DNA from: Vicinamibacteria bacterium | GTDB lineage: Bacteria > Acidobacteriota > Vicinamibacteria > Marinacidobacterales > Marinacidobacteraceae | NCBI GenBank assembly: GCA_965199715.1 | Contig: OZ241322.1 | Span: 96,001-160,000, forward strand | Reading direction: 5' to 3' | Length of the DNA: 64,000 nt | Notes under the pieces: generated by a model | What the model saw: the letters and a program-made list of their open reading frames with translations, nothing else | Database searches by the model: none | Told to the model about the DNA's origin: nothing | Part shown: positions 10,416-20,161 of the stretch, in pieces | Numbering within the stretch: position 1 is the first letter of the stretch | How the letters are laid out: every line of letters starts with the position of its first letter | Translations under genes and position numbers: made by a program

Positions 10416-12323
10416 TCAGGGCGTGGGGATCGCAGGAAGGCGTACGCCGTTGCTCAGCGTCCAAGCATCCAGGTCTTTGTTCTGGACGGGGGCAGCGCAG
10501 ACGTAGTACGTGGCCGCGACAACTCGTCGGGTGACGTCTTGATCCCAGGTGGCCGTTGTCGCGGTCGGAGCAGTGGCGGTCTTCGGCGTCAAGCCATTGC
10601 CACCGCGGCAGGCTTCCAGTGGGTCGGGAGGATTTTCGTCGTCGTCCCTCACGACATACCTGCGAAACGCGTAGTTTGTGATCTCTTCGTCGGCGGCCTT
10701 CGGGAACGCCCAACTGTCGGCCGCGCGGCGGATGGTGAAACGAATGTTGCCGGCGTTGGCCCGGTCCGGGTCGTCGGAGGACTCTGAGACCCACCGGCCT
10801 CCACGGATCGAAACGATCGGCGCGGAAACGGTCTCGACCGGAATGTCAGAGAACTTCCAGTCGGAACGTCCGTTCTCATTCTGCGCTCGGTAACACAGGT
10901 AGTACTCGGAGTGCGGAGTGAGGGCTCCAGTAGTCGTGTACCGGTCAACAGTCGCTCCGCTCAGCGTGTCGGACGTCTGAGCTGCGTCGCACGTACCCTG
11001 ATCGATCTTCCTCGGATCGATGTTGTCCGTCTTGATCGCCATTCGGTCCACGAGATACCGGAACTCGTACTCGATGGCGGCGACGTCGGACATCTCGACG
11101 TCCCAGGAGATGGTGTCGGTAACGCCGTCAGCGTTGATCGAATTCGGCATCCCTCCCGCCAACGTAGTTGGGGCAGGCGCTCCCCACGACCACGAGGGGT
11201 CGCCGAACTGTCGCTCGCCGGAGGAGTCCGTCCAAGTCGCCCGAACGCAAAGGACGCGAGCGTGTCCATCGGGACCGTTGTAGGCCTGCGTGAAGGAGTT
11301 TCCGAAGCCAAGGTCATTGTCTCGCCACTGAATGGATCTGTCGTCGCATGGCGCGTCCAGATCGAGCACTCTCGCGGACAGCTTCGTCTGATAGTCCACG
11401 TCAGCGCCAGCCTGGTCCCAGCGCCACGTCACGTTGTTTGCGTCGCTGCGCCAGGTGACGTTCAGGGCGCCGGAGCCGGTCACCGGGCCGGGCCTGGGGC
11501 CGCCAGAGCCGCTCAGCGTGGTCGCTTCGGCGGTGTCGCTCCACTCGCTCGCGGCCATCGTCTCGTCGTCCTCGTCGGGAACGGCGCGCACTCGGAACTC
11601 ATACTCGGTGTCGGCCTCGAGGCCGGTCACCGTGCATTCCGGATCGTCCACGTCGTCCACGTCGCAGTCCACGTCGTCCCAGTCGCCTGTCCCGATGCGG
11701 GCCTGGACCTCGTAGCTCTCGGCGTCGTCCACGGCGTCCCACGCGAGATCCACGGTGGTCTCTCCCGGGTCGCTGGTCTCGAGGTCGTCGGGCGTGTCGA
11801 GAGCGACCGCCGGAGGCGTGCCCGCGACGCCGCGCACCGACTCCGTCCAGTCGCTGAACTGGGGATCGGCGACGGTTCCCACGAGGGATCGCACCCGGGC
11901 GTGGGCCACGGCGTCCTTGGCGAGGTTGCTCAGCCGGAATTTCGGCACGGTCACGACGGTGAAGTTCTCTCCGCCCACGAACGCCGCGCCGACGCTGTAC
12001 TCGACGAAGTAGCCGCTGACGTCCTTGACCGCGGTCCACGTCCACTCGACGTAGCCGGACCCGGACTGGGCCGCGAGGTCGGTCGGAACGGCGATGGCTT
12101 CGGGCTCGGGCTCGGGCTCGGGCGCCGGTTCGGGAGCCGGAGCTGGAGCGGGGGTCGGAGCTGGAGCGGGGGTCGGAGTGGGCTTGTCGTCCCCGCAGCC
12201 GGCGGTGAGCAGCCCGAGGCCAGCGATCAAGCCGAGCGACAGGACCCAGAAGCGCCAGGAGCGGCGTCCGCGCGTGGAATTCAGCATGTCAGGTTCCTCC
12301 GATATGCACAACTCGTGGGGCAA
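10416..12323 (-). CDS. Fibronectin type III domain lipoprotein (surface/adhesin-like)
   Basis: Lipobox TAGC, Pro/Ala linker, FN3 signatures (LAWDAV, VTGLEADTEYEFRVRAV), further Cys-paired beta-sandwich-like segments; start may be 12287. Confidence 0.8.
   Translation of the reverse strand: MPHELCISEEPDMLNSTRGRRSWRFWVLSLGLIAGLGLLTAGCGDDKPTPTPAPAPTPAPAPAPEPAPEPEPEPEAIAVPTDLAAQSGSGYVEWTWTAVKDVSGYFVEYSVGAAFVGGENFTVVTVPKFRLSNLAKDAVAHARVRSLVGTVADPQFSDWTESVRGVAGTPPAVALDTPDDLETSDPGETTVDLAWDAVDDAESYEVQARIGTGDWDDVDCDVDDVDDPECTVTGLEADTEYEFRVRAVPDEDDETMAASEWSDTAEATTLSGSGGPRPGPVTGSGALNVTWRSDANNVTWRWDQAGADVDYQTKLSARVLDLDAPCDDRSIQWRDNDLGFGNSFTQAYNGPDGHARVLCVRATWTDSSGERQFGDPSWSWGAPAPTTLAGGMPNSINADGVTDTISWDVEMSDVAAIEYEFRYLVDRMAIKTDNIDPRKIDQGTCDAAQTSDTLSGATVDRYTTTGALTPHSEYYLCYRAQNENGRSDWKFSDIPVETVSAPIVSIRGGRWVSESSDDPDRANAGNIRFTIRRAADSWAFPKAADEEITNYAFRRYVVRDDDENPPDPLEACRGGNGLTPKTATAPTATTATWDQDVTRRVVAATYYVCAAPVQNKDLDAWTLSNGVRLPAIPTP
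12138..12173. repeat. 18-bp tandem repeat x2 encoding the Pro/Ala/Thr linker
   Basis: CGGAGCTGGAGCGGGGGT occurs twice in tandem. Confidence 0.8.
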
Positions 12324-12402
12324 GTAACGTGCCCAAGTTACAAGGGCAGCGCAACCATAACAGAAGCGAAACCGGATGAAAAGCGCAACCGGCGCGGCGG
12401 CG

Positions 12403-13020
12403 TCAGGGGAGCCGCCGCGCCGCCAGCGCGACGAGCCCCGCCCCGACGAGGAGCGCGGCGCCGATCCGGTTCGCGGTCCGGCGCGACTCCGGGCTCGCGA
12501 GCCGTCCCCGCAATCCCGAGGCCAGCAGGATCCATCCCACGACCGCGATCCCCCCGAGAACCACGAACGTGGCTTCGAGGATTGCGAACTGTAGCGGCAA
12601 CGGGCGCTCCGGCTCCACGAATTGCGGCAGGACCGCCATGAAGAAGACGATGCTCCTCGGGTTGATCGCGGTCACCACGAACGAGTCGAGGAACATGGCG
12701 CGCCCGGAGCCCGACCGCGCCTCGCCGCTCGCGTCCGGCTCGCTGCGCCAGCGGCGGACGCCGAGGACGATCAGGTACGCGCCGCCCGCCACGGCGAGCG
12801 TCCGGAAGAGCGCGTCCGAGAGATGCAGCGCCGCCGCCACGGCGGCGAGCGAGGCGGTCATCGCCACCACGTCGCCGAGCACCACGCCGGGCACGGTGAA
12901 CCGCCCCGAACTCCGGCCGCTTCCGAGCGCGTAGCCGATCACCACGAGGATCGTCGGGCCGGGGACCATCATGAACGCCGTCGTGGCGGCGACCCACGCG
13001 AACCAGAGTTCGGGGGCCAA
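12403..13020 (-). CDS. LysE/RhtB family translocator
   Basis: PGP motif in first TM, GGAYLI, TAINPR, FFMAVLPQF; 205 aa, hydrophobic. Confidence 0.88.
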   Translation of the reverse strand: MAPELWFAWVAATTAFMMVPGPTILVVIGYALGSGRSSGRFTVPGVVLGDVVAMTASLAAVAAALHLSDALFRTLAVAGGAYLIVLGVRRWRSEPDASGEARSGSGRAMFLDSFVVTAINPRSIVFFMAVLPQFVEPERPLPLQFAILEATFVVLGGIAVVGWILLASGLRGRLASPESRRTANRIGAALLVGAGLVALAARRLP

Positions 13021-13026
13021 GCGCGG

Positions 13027-14142
13027 TCAGGGAGTCGCGGCGGAGAGGCCGAAGACCGCGCCGTCCTGCGTGCCCACGACCAGGAACCCGTCCGTGACCG
13101 CCGGCGACCCCATGATCGCCGCCCCGAGGTGGTGCTCGGCGACCGGCGCGCCGGTCTCGAGGTCGAGCACGTGGAGGCGCCCGTCGGCGTTGCCGACGTA
13201 CGCGCGGTCGCCCGCGATCGCGGGCGAGGAGTCGAACCGCGCGCCGCCGCGGAAGGTCCAGCGGGCCTCCCCCGACGCGCGGTCGAGCGCGTGGACGAGC
13301 TTGTCGCGTCCGGCGACGATCACGAGGTCGCCGCGGACCGCGGCCGAGGCGTAGAACGGGAAGTGGCGCTGCGGATGCTCGTAGGACCACCGCGGCGCCC
13401 CGGCGTCCAGATCCACCGCGAGCACCTGGTTGTCGAACGTTCCGTAGAACGCGATCCCCGACGCGATCGCCGCCGAAGCCGCGGTGTAGCCGCCCGAGTC
13501 GAACCGGAACGCCTCGGCGCCGGTCGATAGCCGCACCCCCCGCAGGAACCCGTCGCAGCCGCTGATGTAGGCGATCCCGTCCCGGATCGCGGCGGTCGCG
13601 TGCACCGGCCCCTCGGTCTCGACCGAAAAGCGCAGCGCCCCGGTCTTCCGGTCGAGTGCGTAGAACTTCTGGTCGTAGCTGCCGATGAGCACGAGATCGC
13701 CCGACACCACCGGCGAGGCCTTGATCTCGGCCCCGGTCGCGAAGGTCCAGCGCGGCTCGCCCGTCTCCGCGTCGAGGGCGTGGACGACGCCGAGGAGGTC
13801 CCCGATATACAGCAGCCCGCCCGCGACCGCGGGGGAGGACTCCCCGAAGAGATCGTCCTCGCCGTCGGGGTCGGCGGACGGTTGGAAGCGCCAGCGCTCG
13901 GCGCCGGTCGCGAGGTCGAGCCGGACCACGACGTCGGGAAGCGCCGAGACATAGACCGCGCCATCGACGACGGCGGGGGAGGACTCGACCGAGAACCCGA
14001 GCGGAGCGGTCCAGCGCACGTCGAGGTCGTCGGGAAGCGCCTCGGCGGCGACCCCGGTGAGGCCGGCGTCGCGGCGGAACTGCGGCCAGTCTCCGGCGGA
14101 GGCGGAGCCGGCGGCGAGGGCGAGGAGGAGGGTCAGGCGCAT
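13027..14142 (-). CDS. Secreted PQQ-like (BamB-like) beta-propeller protein 1
   Basis: Signal peptide MRLTLLLAL, DWPQFR, repeated SSP-x-V / ALD-x-TG-x-RW blades. Confidence 0.85.
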   Translation of the reverse strand: MRLTLLLALAAGSASAGDWPQFRRDAGLTGVAAEALPDDLDVRWTAPLGFSVESSPAVVDGAVYVSALPDVVVRLDLATGAERWRFQPSADPDGEDDLFGESSPAVAGGLLYIGDLLGVVHALDAETGEPRWTFATGAEIKASPVVSGDLVLIGSYDQKFYALDRKTGALRFSVETEGPVHATAAIRDGIAYISGCDGFLRGVRLSTGAEAFRFDSGGYTAASAAIASGIAFYGTFDNQVLAVDLDAGAPRWSYEHPQRHFPFYASAAVRGDLVIVAGRDKLVHALDRASGEARWTFRGGARFDSSPAIAGDRAYVGNADGRLHVLDLETGAPVAEHHLGAAIMGSPAVTDGFLVVGTQDGAVFGLSAATP

Positions 14143-15257
14143 GCTCGGTAGATGTGGAGCGCGTCCTCGGCGGCGAAGGCGCGGGGGTTGTGCCGCCCGG
14201 TCCATTCGCGGGCGGCTTCGGCGGCGAGGTCGGGCAGCTCGCCGAGGCCGTGGTCGAGCCTTGGGGGAAGGCCGGCGGTCTCGATCCAGTCCTCGAGGAG
14301 ATCCGCGAGGGTCGCCGCCGGATTCGGCCCCGGTTCGATCCCGGCGGCCTCGAGGAGCGCCCGGTAGCCGTCTTCCGCATCGGGGCCGTTCCAGCGGACC
14401 ACCCGCGGCAGGGTGATCGCGAGCGCCTCGCCGTGGGGGACGCCGTAGCGGCGGGTCAACGGGTTTGCGGCGGCGTGTCCGGCGCCGAGCATGGAGCGCT
14501 CGATCGCGGCCCCCGCGAGAAACGCCCCGAGCTGCATGTCGGCCGGGGCCCCGCCGGGGAACGCCCGCGCCAGCAGCGCGAAGGCCGCCCGGCTGAGCGC
14601 GAGCGATTCGGGGGTGCGCGTCTTCGTCACGGCGGTCTCGACCGCGTGGGCCACCGCGTCGAAGCCGGCGGCGCGGGCGACGGCTTCGGGGGCCGAGCGG
14701 GTCAGCTCGGGGTCGAGCACTACGGCGCGGAACATGGCGTCCGGCGCCCCGCACGCCAGCTTGGCGTGGTCCCGGTCGCGCGAGATGAGCGCGTACGATT
14801 GCGCCTCGCTTCCGGTGCCGGCGGTCGTGGGCACGCCGAAGAGCGGAGGAAGCGGGCAGCGGCGGCGCCCGTGGCCCCGGTAGTCCTCCATCCGGCCCCC
14901 GCCCGCGAGCAGGAAGCCGATCCCCTTGGCCATGTCGAGCGAGCTTCCGCCGCCGCAGCCGACGAGGCAGTCGGCCCCGGTCTCCTTGGCGAAGGCGGCT
15001 CCCGCGGCGACCTGGCTCTCGGTCGGGTTCGCGCCGAAGTCGGAGAAGACGCGCGGCTCGCGCCCGGCCTCCCGCAGCGCTTCTTCGACCCGGCTCGCGA
15101 TCCCGGCGCGGACGACGCCGGGGTCGGCGGCGACGAGCGGGCGCGCTCCCGTCCGTTCGGCCAGCGCCCGCAGGTCGGGCAGGACGTCCGGCGAGGGGTC
15201 GTCCAGCCGCCAGCTTCCGGCGGTCGCGCCCGGCCGCCGGGGGAATGCGCCGGTCAA
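14133..15257 (-). CDS. Iron-containing alcohol dehydrogenase
   Basis: GGGSSLDMAK, PTTAGTGSE, DAVAHAVE, GHAAA, PHG metal ligands. Confidence 0.9.
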   Translation of the reverse strand: MTGAFPRRPGATAGSWRLDDPSPDVLPDLRALAERTGARPLVAADPGVVRAGIASRVEEALREAGREPRVFSDFGANPTESQVAAGAAFAKETGADCLVGCGGGSSLDMAKGIGFLLAGGGRMEDYRGHGRRRCPLPPLFGVPTTAGTGSEAQSYALISRDRDHAKLACGAPDAMFRAVVLDPELTRSAPEAVARAAGFDAVAHAVETAVTKTRTPESLALSRAAFALLARAFPGGAPADMQLGAFLAGAAIERSMLGAGHAAANPLTRRYGVPHGEALAITLPRVVRWNGPDAEDGYRALLEAAGIEPGPNPAATLADLLEDWIETAGLPPRLDHGLGELPDLAAEAAREWTGRHNPRAFAAEDALHIYRACA

Positions 15258-15263
15258 GCCGCC

Positions 15264-16655
15264 CTATTCGGCGATGGCGAAGAGCTGGTTGCGGCTCGCG
15301 ATGTAGAGGGTCCCGTTCGCCGGGACCACGCTCGAGTACACCGAGCTGCCCATGTTCATCTCGGCCAGGACTTCCTCGGTCGGGCCGGGTCGGAGCACGA
15401 CCACGTCGCCGTCCTCGTCGCCGAGGTAGAGCTTGCCGTCCGCGACGACCGGCGATCCCCAGACGGCGGCGAAGGTGTCATGCACCCACAGCGGCTCGCC
15501 GGTCTCCATGTCGAGCGCGTGCAGGAAGCCGGAGAAGTCCGGCATGTACACGATCCCCTCGTGCGCCGCGGCGGTCGAGATCGAGCGGCGGATCACGTCG
15601 TAATGCCACAGCCGGCCCGAGTCGGTGACGTCGCCGCGCATCGTCGGGTCGATGGCGAAGAAGTGGCCCACGCCCTCCCCGTGCTCGGGGTCCTGCCCGT
15701 TCGCGATGAAGAGGCGGTCGTCGAGGATCACCGGGGTCGAGATCACGTTGTTGCGGGTGCGCGGCCACAGCGAGTCCTTGGGGTTCGTGTCGAAGGACCA
15801 AAGCAGCTCGCCGGTGTCGGCGACGTAGCCGCGCACCCAGCCGTCGCCCTCGCCCATGACGACCTGCGCCACGCCGCCGATCTCGGCCACTCCGGCGGAG
15901 GACCACTGGCCGTGGAGGATGTTCTCGCCCACGTGGTTCGCCTCCCAGACCAGCTCGCCGGTCAGCTTGTCGAGAGCGATGATGGCGGGGGCGCGGGGGG
16001 AGGGGACGGTGACGTGGGTCTCGTCCTGGCCGTTCGAGGTGTTGATGAACAGCAGGTTCCCCCACGAGACCGGGCTGGAGTTGGACATGTTGTGGGGGAA
16101 TGCTCCGACCTCCTCCATCATGTCGAACCGCCACAGGACGTCGCCGTCCTGCGGGGCCTGGTAGGTCTCGCCGCTCCAGCCGTCGTTGCCGTCCGCCATC
16201 CCGTTCACGTCCGCCGCCAGCACCTCGCCCCGGTTCGTGACGTAGTAGAGGACGTCGCCCTCGACGAGCGGCGAGGAGCACACGCCCTGGAACGGCCAGT
16301 CGTTCACCCGGCCCGAAGCGAGCTTGTCCGAGACGAGCTGCCAGAGGAACTCGCCGGTGGCGGCGTCGAACGCCAGCATCACGCCCTTGTCGCCGGAGAT
16401 CTCCTGGTCGTAGAGCGCCTCGTTGTTGGTCCCGACGAAGACCCGCCCGCCGGCGACGACCGGGTTCCCGTAGGTCTGCGAGCCGAGCGCCGCGACCCAG
16501 CGGACGTTCTCGCCGGAGCGCACGTCCCAGGTCAGCGGCAGCGGCGCCGGGGCGTCCGAGACCATGTTGCGGTCGGGGGTTCCGCCCCACATGGGCCAGT
16601 CCTGGGCCGCGGCGGGCGCGGCGAGAAGGAGGGCGGCGGAAACGATTCGGGACAT
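15264..16655 (-). CDS. Secreted PQQ-like beta-propeller protein 2
   Basis: Signal peptide MSRIVSAALL, DWPMWGG, blade repeats with TGE-x-LW. Confidence 0.85.
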   Translation of the reverse strand: MSRIVSAALLLAAPAAAQDWPMWGGTPDRNMVSDAPAPLPLTWDVRSGENVRWVAALGSQTYGNPVVAGGRVFVGTNNEALYDQEISGDKGVMLAFDAATGEFLWQLVSDKLASGRVNDWPFQGVCSSPLVEGDVLYYVTNRGEVLAADVNGMADGNDGWSGETYQAPQDGDVLWRFDMMEEVGAFPHNMSNSSPVSWGNLLFINTSNGQDETHVTVPSPRAPAIIALDKLTGELVWEANHVGENILHGQWSSAGVAEIGGVAQVVMGEGDGWVRGYVADTGELLWSFDTNPKDSLWPRTRNNVISTPVILDDRLFIANGQDPEHGEGVGHFFAIDPTMRGDVTDSGRLWHYDVIRRSISTAAAHEGIVYMPDFSGFLHALDMETGEPLWVHDTFAAVWGSPVVADGKLYLGDEDGDVVVLRPGPTEEVLAEMNMGSSVYSSVVPANGTLYIASRNQLFAIAE

Positions 16656-16663
16656 GGAGCCTC

Positions 16664-18814
16664 TCAGTTGCTCACGGGGCCGACCGTGACGTTGTCGAGG
16701 AAGATCTCCGCGGCGACGGCGTCGGCGAACACTCCTGGAGCGCCCTCGAGGTGCGGCAGCTCCTCCCGCCATTCGATCGTCCAGCCGTCGGGCTCCGGAT
16801 CGCCGCGGCGCCAGACGCGGCCGCGGGCGACGACGTCCTCGGCGTCCTTGAACACCTCGAAGCGCATCGAGTACCAGGCGTCGGGTTCCCACGCGAAGGG
16901 AGTCGCGGTCGAGCGTCCGGGGGTGGCGTGCCACGAGTGGATCTCGAGGCGCTGGTGGTTGCCCATGAGGACCAACTGGTAGCGCTGGGCGACGAGGCCG
17001 ACGTTGCCGAGCTGGCGGCGGCGTTCGGTGGCCATCACGTCGGCGGTCACCGCGTAGTTGCTGAGCTGCGGCGAGCCCATGAAGACCCGCGCCCGCCGCA
17101 GGAAGGGGTTGTCGGCGAGCTTCACGAGCGTCCCGTCGCGCACGGCGTACTTCCCGGCCGCGTTCACCCACTGCGCGGGAACGGCGGCGTCCTCGGCGTC
17201 GAAGTCCCAGCTCCACGGAAGCGGCGGGACCACCCGGAAGCGGGCGGAGCCGGACAGGTCGCCCGCCCGGGCGGTCACCGCTCCGGCGCCCGCCGGCGCG
17301 TCCGCCGGAATCCGCAGCGCGCCGCCTTCGACCGATCCGGCGAACGCCTCCCACGCCGGATCGCCGGGAACGTCGGTCTCGCGGCCGCGGTCGTCGAAGG
17401 CGCGCACGGTCAGGGGAACCTCGTCGCCCGGGGCGAGGAGCGCCTCGGTGGGCGAGACCAGCAGCCGGACCGCCGGGCCGCCCGCCTCGGGCGCGGTGTC
17501 CGTCGCCGGCATGTCGTCCGAGGGACGGTGGGCGCCGATCGCGTAGAGGTGGGCGTTCGAGACGAGATACACGAGGCCGTCGCTCACCGCGACCGAGGCG
17601 ACGACCTCCTCCGGCTCGGTCTCGGAGCCGAGCAGGTCCTCATCGAGCACGGTCGCTCCTTCGGCCTCCGGCTTCAGGATGTAGAAGCGCCCGTTGCCGG
17701 TCCCCACCCACAGCTTGCCGTCGGCGAGCACCGGCGAGGCGCGCTGGATCGTGCCGAGGTTGCGGGTCCAGCGCCGCTCGCCGTCGCTCGGATCGAACGC
17801 CGCGAGGTTCGCGCTGTTGTCCATCCAGTAGAGGGTCTCGCCGTCGGTCACGCCGGACGAGTAGCCGCCGAGGAAACCCGGCGCCCGCCACAGCGCCGCC
17901 TCCTCGGCGATCTCGCCGGTCGAGCGGGCGTCGAGCGCCGCGAGCAGGCCCATGGTCGAGAAACTCACGTTTTCCTCGCCGTGGCTCACCACGACCGTGT
18001 CGCCGAAGAGGATCGCGCCGCTGTTCACTCCGCGCTTGCTCATCGGGTAGTGCCAGACCGGGTCGCCGGTCGCCGGATCGATCGCGTGGAAGGCGCCGTC
18101 CCCGCCGCCGACGAGCAGCAGTCGGCGGCCGCCGACCGTGCGGATCGAGGGCGGCGAGTAGGTGGTGTCGTAGGGGCGGGCGCCGGGGGCGCTCATCCAG
18201 CGCGCCGCGCCGGTGGTCTTCTCGAAGGCGAAGAAGCGCTGACTGCCGCGGGCGTGCGCGCCCCACGACGAGCTCACCCCGCTCACGATCACGACGTCGC
18301 CGTGGATCAGCGGCGACGGGGTGCGTCCGCCGTGGGTGCTGATGACGCCGAGCTCCTCCGACAGCGAGCGGCGCCAGCGGACCTCGCCGGTGGCCGCGTC
18401 GAACGCGGTCAGTTCCGCGCCGACGGTCAGGGAGAAGACGAGGCCGGACTCGGGATCCGCCGCCGGGGAGGCCCAGCCGGCGCGCCGGGGCGGGGCGTCC
18501 GAGTGGAAGACGTTCCGCCGGTGCTCCCACAGCAGCTCGCCGGTGCGGGCGTCGAGCGCGAGAAGCCGCTCCTGACGGGTCCCGCCGTCGCCCGAGGCGT
18601 TTTGCAGGAACAGTCGGTCGCCCATGACCACCGGGGTGGAGCGCCCGCCGTAGGGAAGCCGGAACGCGAGGTTCTCGCCGTCCGGCGACCACGAGTCGGG
18701 AAGGCCGGTTTCGGCGGAGACGCCGTCTCGGGTCGGCCCCCGGACTTCCGGCCAGTCGGCCGCCGCGGATCCTGCCAACGACGCCGCGAGCGCGAGGAGG
18801 ACGCCGGTACGCAT
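16664..18814 (-). CDS. Secreted PQQ-like beta-propeller protein 3 with C-terminal Ig-like and lectin-like extension
   Basis: Signal peptide MRTGVLLAL, DWPEVRGP, blades, then about 270 aa beta-rich tail. Confidence 0.82.
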   Translation of the reverse strand: MRTGVLLALAASLAGSAAADWPEVRGPTRDGVSAETGLPDSWSPDGENLAFRLPYGGRSTPVVMGDRLFLQNASGDGGTRQERLLALDARTGELLWEHRRNVFHSDAPPRRAGWASPAADPESGLVFSLTVGAELTAFDAATGEVRWRRSLSEELGVISTHGGRTPSPLIHGDVVIVSGVSSSWGAHARGSQRFFAFEKTTGAARWMSAPGARPYDTTYSPPSIRTVGGRRLLLVGGGDGAFHAIDPATGDPVWHYPMSKRGVNSGAILFGDTVVVSHGEENVSFSTMGLLAALDARSTGEIAEEAALWRAPGFLGGYSSGVTDGETLYWMDNSANLAAFDPSDGERRWTRNLGTIQRASPVLADGKLWVGTGNGRFYILKPEAEGATVLDEDLLGSETEPEEVVASVAVSDGLVYLVSNAHLYAIGAHRPSDDMPATDTAPEAGGPAVRLLVSPTEALLAPGDEVPLTVRAFDDRGRETDVPGDPAWEAFAGSVEGGALRIPADAPAGAGAVTARAGDLSGSARFRVVPPLPWSWDFDAEDAAVPAQWVNAAGKYAVRDGTLVKLADNPFLRRARVFMGSPQLSNYAVTADVMATERRRQLGNVGLVAQRYQLVLMGNHQRLEIHSWHATPGRSTATPFAWEPDAWYSMRFEVFKDAEDVVARGRVWRRGDPEPDGWTIEWREELPHLEGAPGVFADAVAAEIFLDNVTVGPVSN

Positions 18815-18850
18815 GGCCCGCATTCTATTGACCCGGCACAATACGCGGCG

Positions 18851-20161
18851 ATGCACCGAGCCGTCCTCGCGGCCCTTCTGGCGTCGCTGGCCGCGCCCGG
18901 CGCCGGACAGTGGCCCGGCTGGCGCGGTCCTTCCGCGAACGGCGTCTCGGAAGAGACCGGTCTCCCCGAGCGGATCACCGCCGGGGCCGAGGCGTGGAGC
19001 GTCGAGGTTCCCGGGCGCGGGCACTCGTCGCCGGTGGTCGAGGGCGGCCTCGTGTTCCTGACCGCGTCCGTCGAGGGCGAGGTCGTCCCCGGCCATGAGC
19101 CACCGATCCACTACCGGGACGGCGAGGTCTATCTCCACCCTGGCAGCGGATCGGGCGACCGCAGCCACGCGCTGCTCGCGCTCGCGTACGACGCCGAAAC
19201 CGGGGCGGAGGCCTGGCGGCGGACGCTCCACGACGGGCCGGTGCACGACAACCGCTACCGCACGAACACCTACGCATCGCTGACCGCGCTGACCGACGGG
19301 GAGCGGGTCTATTTCTGGTTCGGCTCGCAGGGCCTTTACGCGCTGACGCTGGACGGCGAGCCGGTCTGGAGCCGCGACCTCGGCGACTTCGGCGACTGGG
19401 GGCTCGGCCACGGGATCTCGCCGGTGCTCCACGGCGATCTCCTGATCCTCGTCTGCGACGACGACGCCGGCGAGAAGTCGCAGATCTTCGCGGTCCATCG
19501 GAAGACCGGCGAGATCGCGTGGCGGATCGGGCGGCGTGCGCGCAAGAGCTGGGGGACGCCGAGCCTTGTGCCGGTCGGCGACCGGACGCAGTTGGTGGTC
19601 GCGAGCTACGACCGGATCGCGGCCTACGACCCGACGAGCGGCCGGGAAGTCTGGGGCGGGGCCGGCTTCGACTCGAACGTGGTCCACACGCCGGTGCATC
19701 TCGCCGTCGGCGACGACCGGCTGGTGTTCGTCTCGACCGGCTACCCCGACAAGGAGGTGCGGGCGCTGCGCCTGAGCCCCGGCCGCGCCGAGCCGACGCG
19801 CGAGTGGACGCACGCCCGGGGGACCGGGTACCTGCCGTCGGGGATCGCGTACGGGGGCGTACTGTTCGTGATCTCGGACGGCGGGGTCGTCACGGGGCTC
19901 GATCCGTTGACCGGCGCGGTCCATTTTCAGGGGCGGCCGCCGAACCCGGGCCGGTACCACGCCTCGCCGGTGGGGTACGAGGGGAAGGTGCTCATTGGGA
20001 GCCTCGAGGGCGACCTCACCGTCTTCCGCGCCGCCCCCGAGTTCGAGGTTCTTTCCACGGGGTCGCTGGACGAGGCGATCTGGGCGTCGCCCGCCATCGC
20101 CGACGGGACGCTGTTCCTGCGGACCGTGTCCCGGCTCTACGCCTTCCGGAGGGGGTCGTGA
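18851..20161 (+). CDS. Secreted PQQ-like beta-propeller protein 4
   Basis: Signal peptide MHRAVLAALL, QWPGWRGP, GHSSPVV, ASPAI...LFLRT. Confidence 0.85.
   Translation: MHRAVLAALLASLAAPGAGQWPGWRGPSANGVSEETGLPERITAGAEAWSVEVPGRGHSSPVVEGGLVFLTASVEGEVVPGHEPPIHYRDGEVYLHPGSGSGDRSHALLALAYDAETGAEAWRRTLHDGPVHDNRYRTNTYASLTALTDGERVYFWFGSQGLYALTLDGEPVWSRDLGDFGDWGLGHGISPVLHGDLLILVCDDDAGEKSQIFAVHRKTGEIAWRIGRRARKSWGTPSLVPVGDRTQLVVASYDRIAAYDPTSGREVWGGAGFDSNVVHTPVHLAVGDDRLVFVSTGYPDKEVRALRLSPGRAEPTREWTHARGTGYLPSGIAYGGVLFVISDGGVVTGLDPLTGAVHFQGRPPNPGRYHASPVGYEGKVLIGSLEGDLTVFRAAPEFEVLSTGSLDEAIWASPAIADGTLFLRTVSRLYAFRRGS

Noticed and set aside
14154-16982. Long antisense or alternative-frame ORFs (also 47..1429, 3010..4905, 35582..37864, 43661..46198, 62583..63920)
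   Set aside because: Arg/Gly/Pro-rich shadow ORFs typical of high-GC DNA, overlapping well-supported genes
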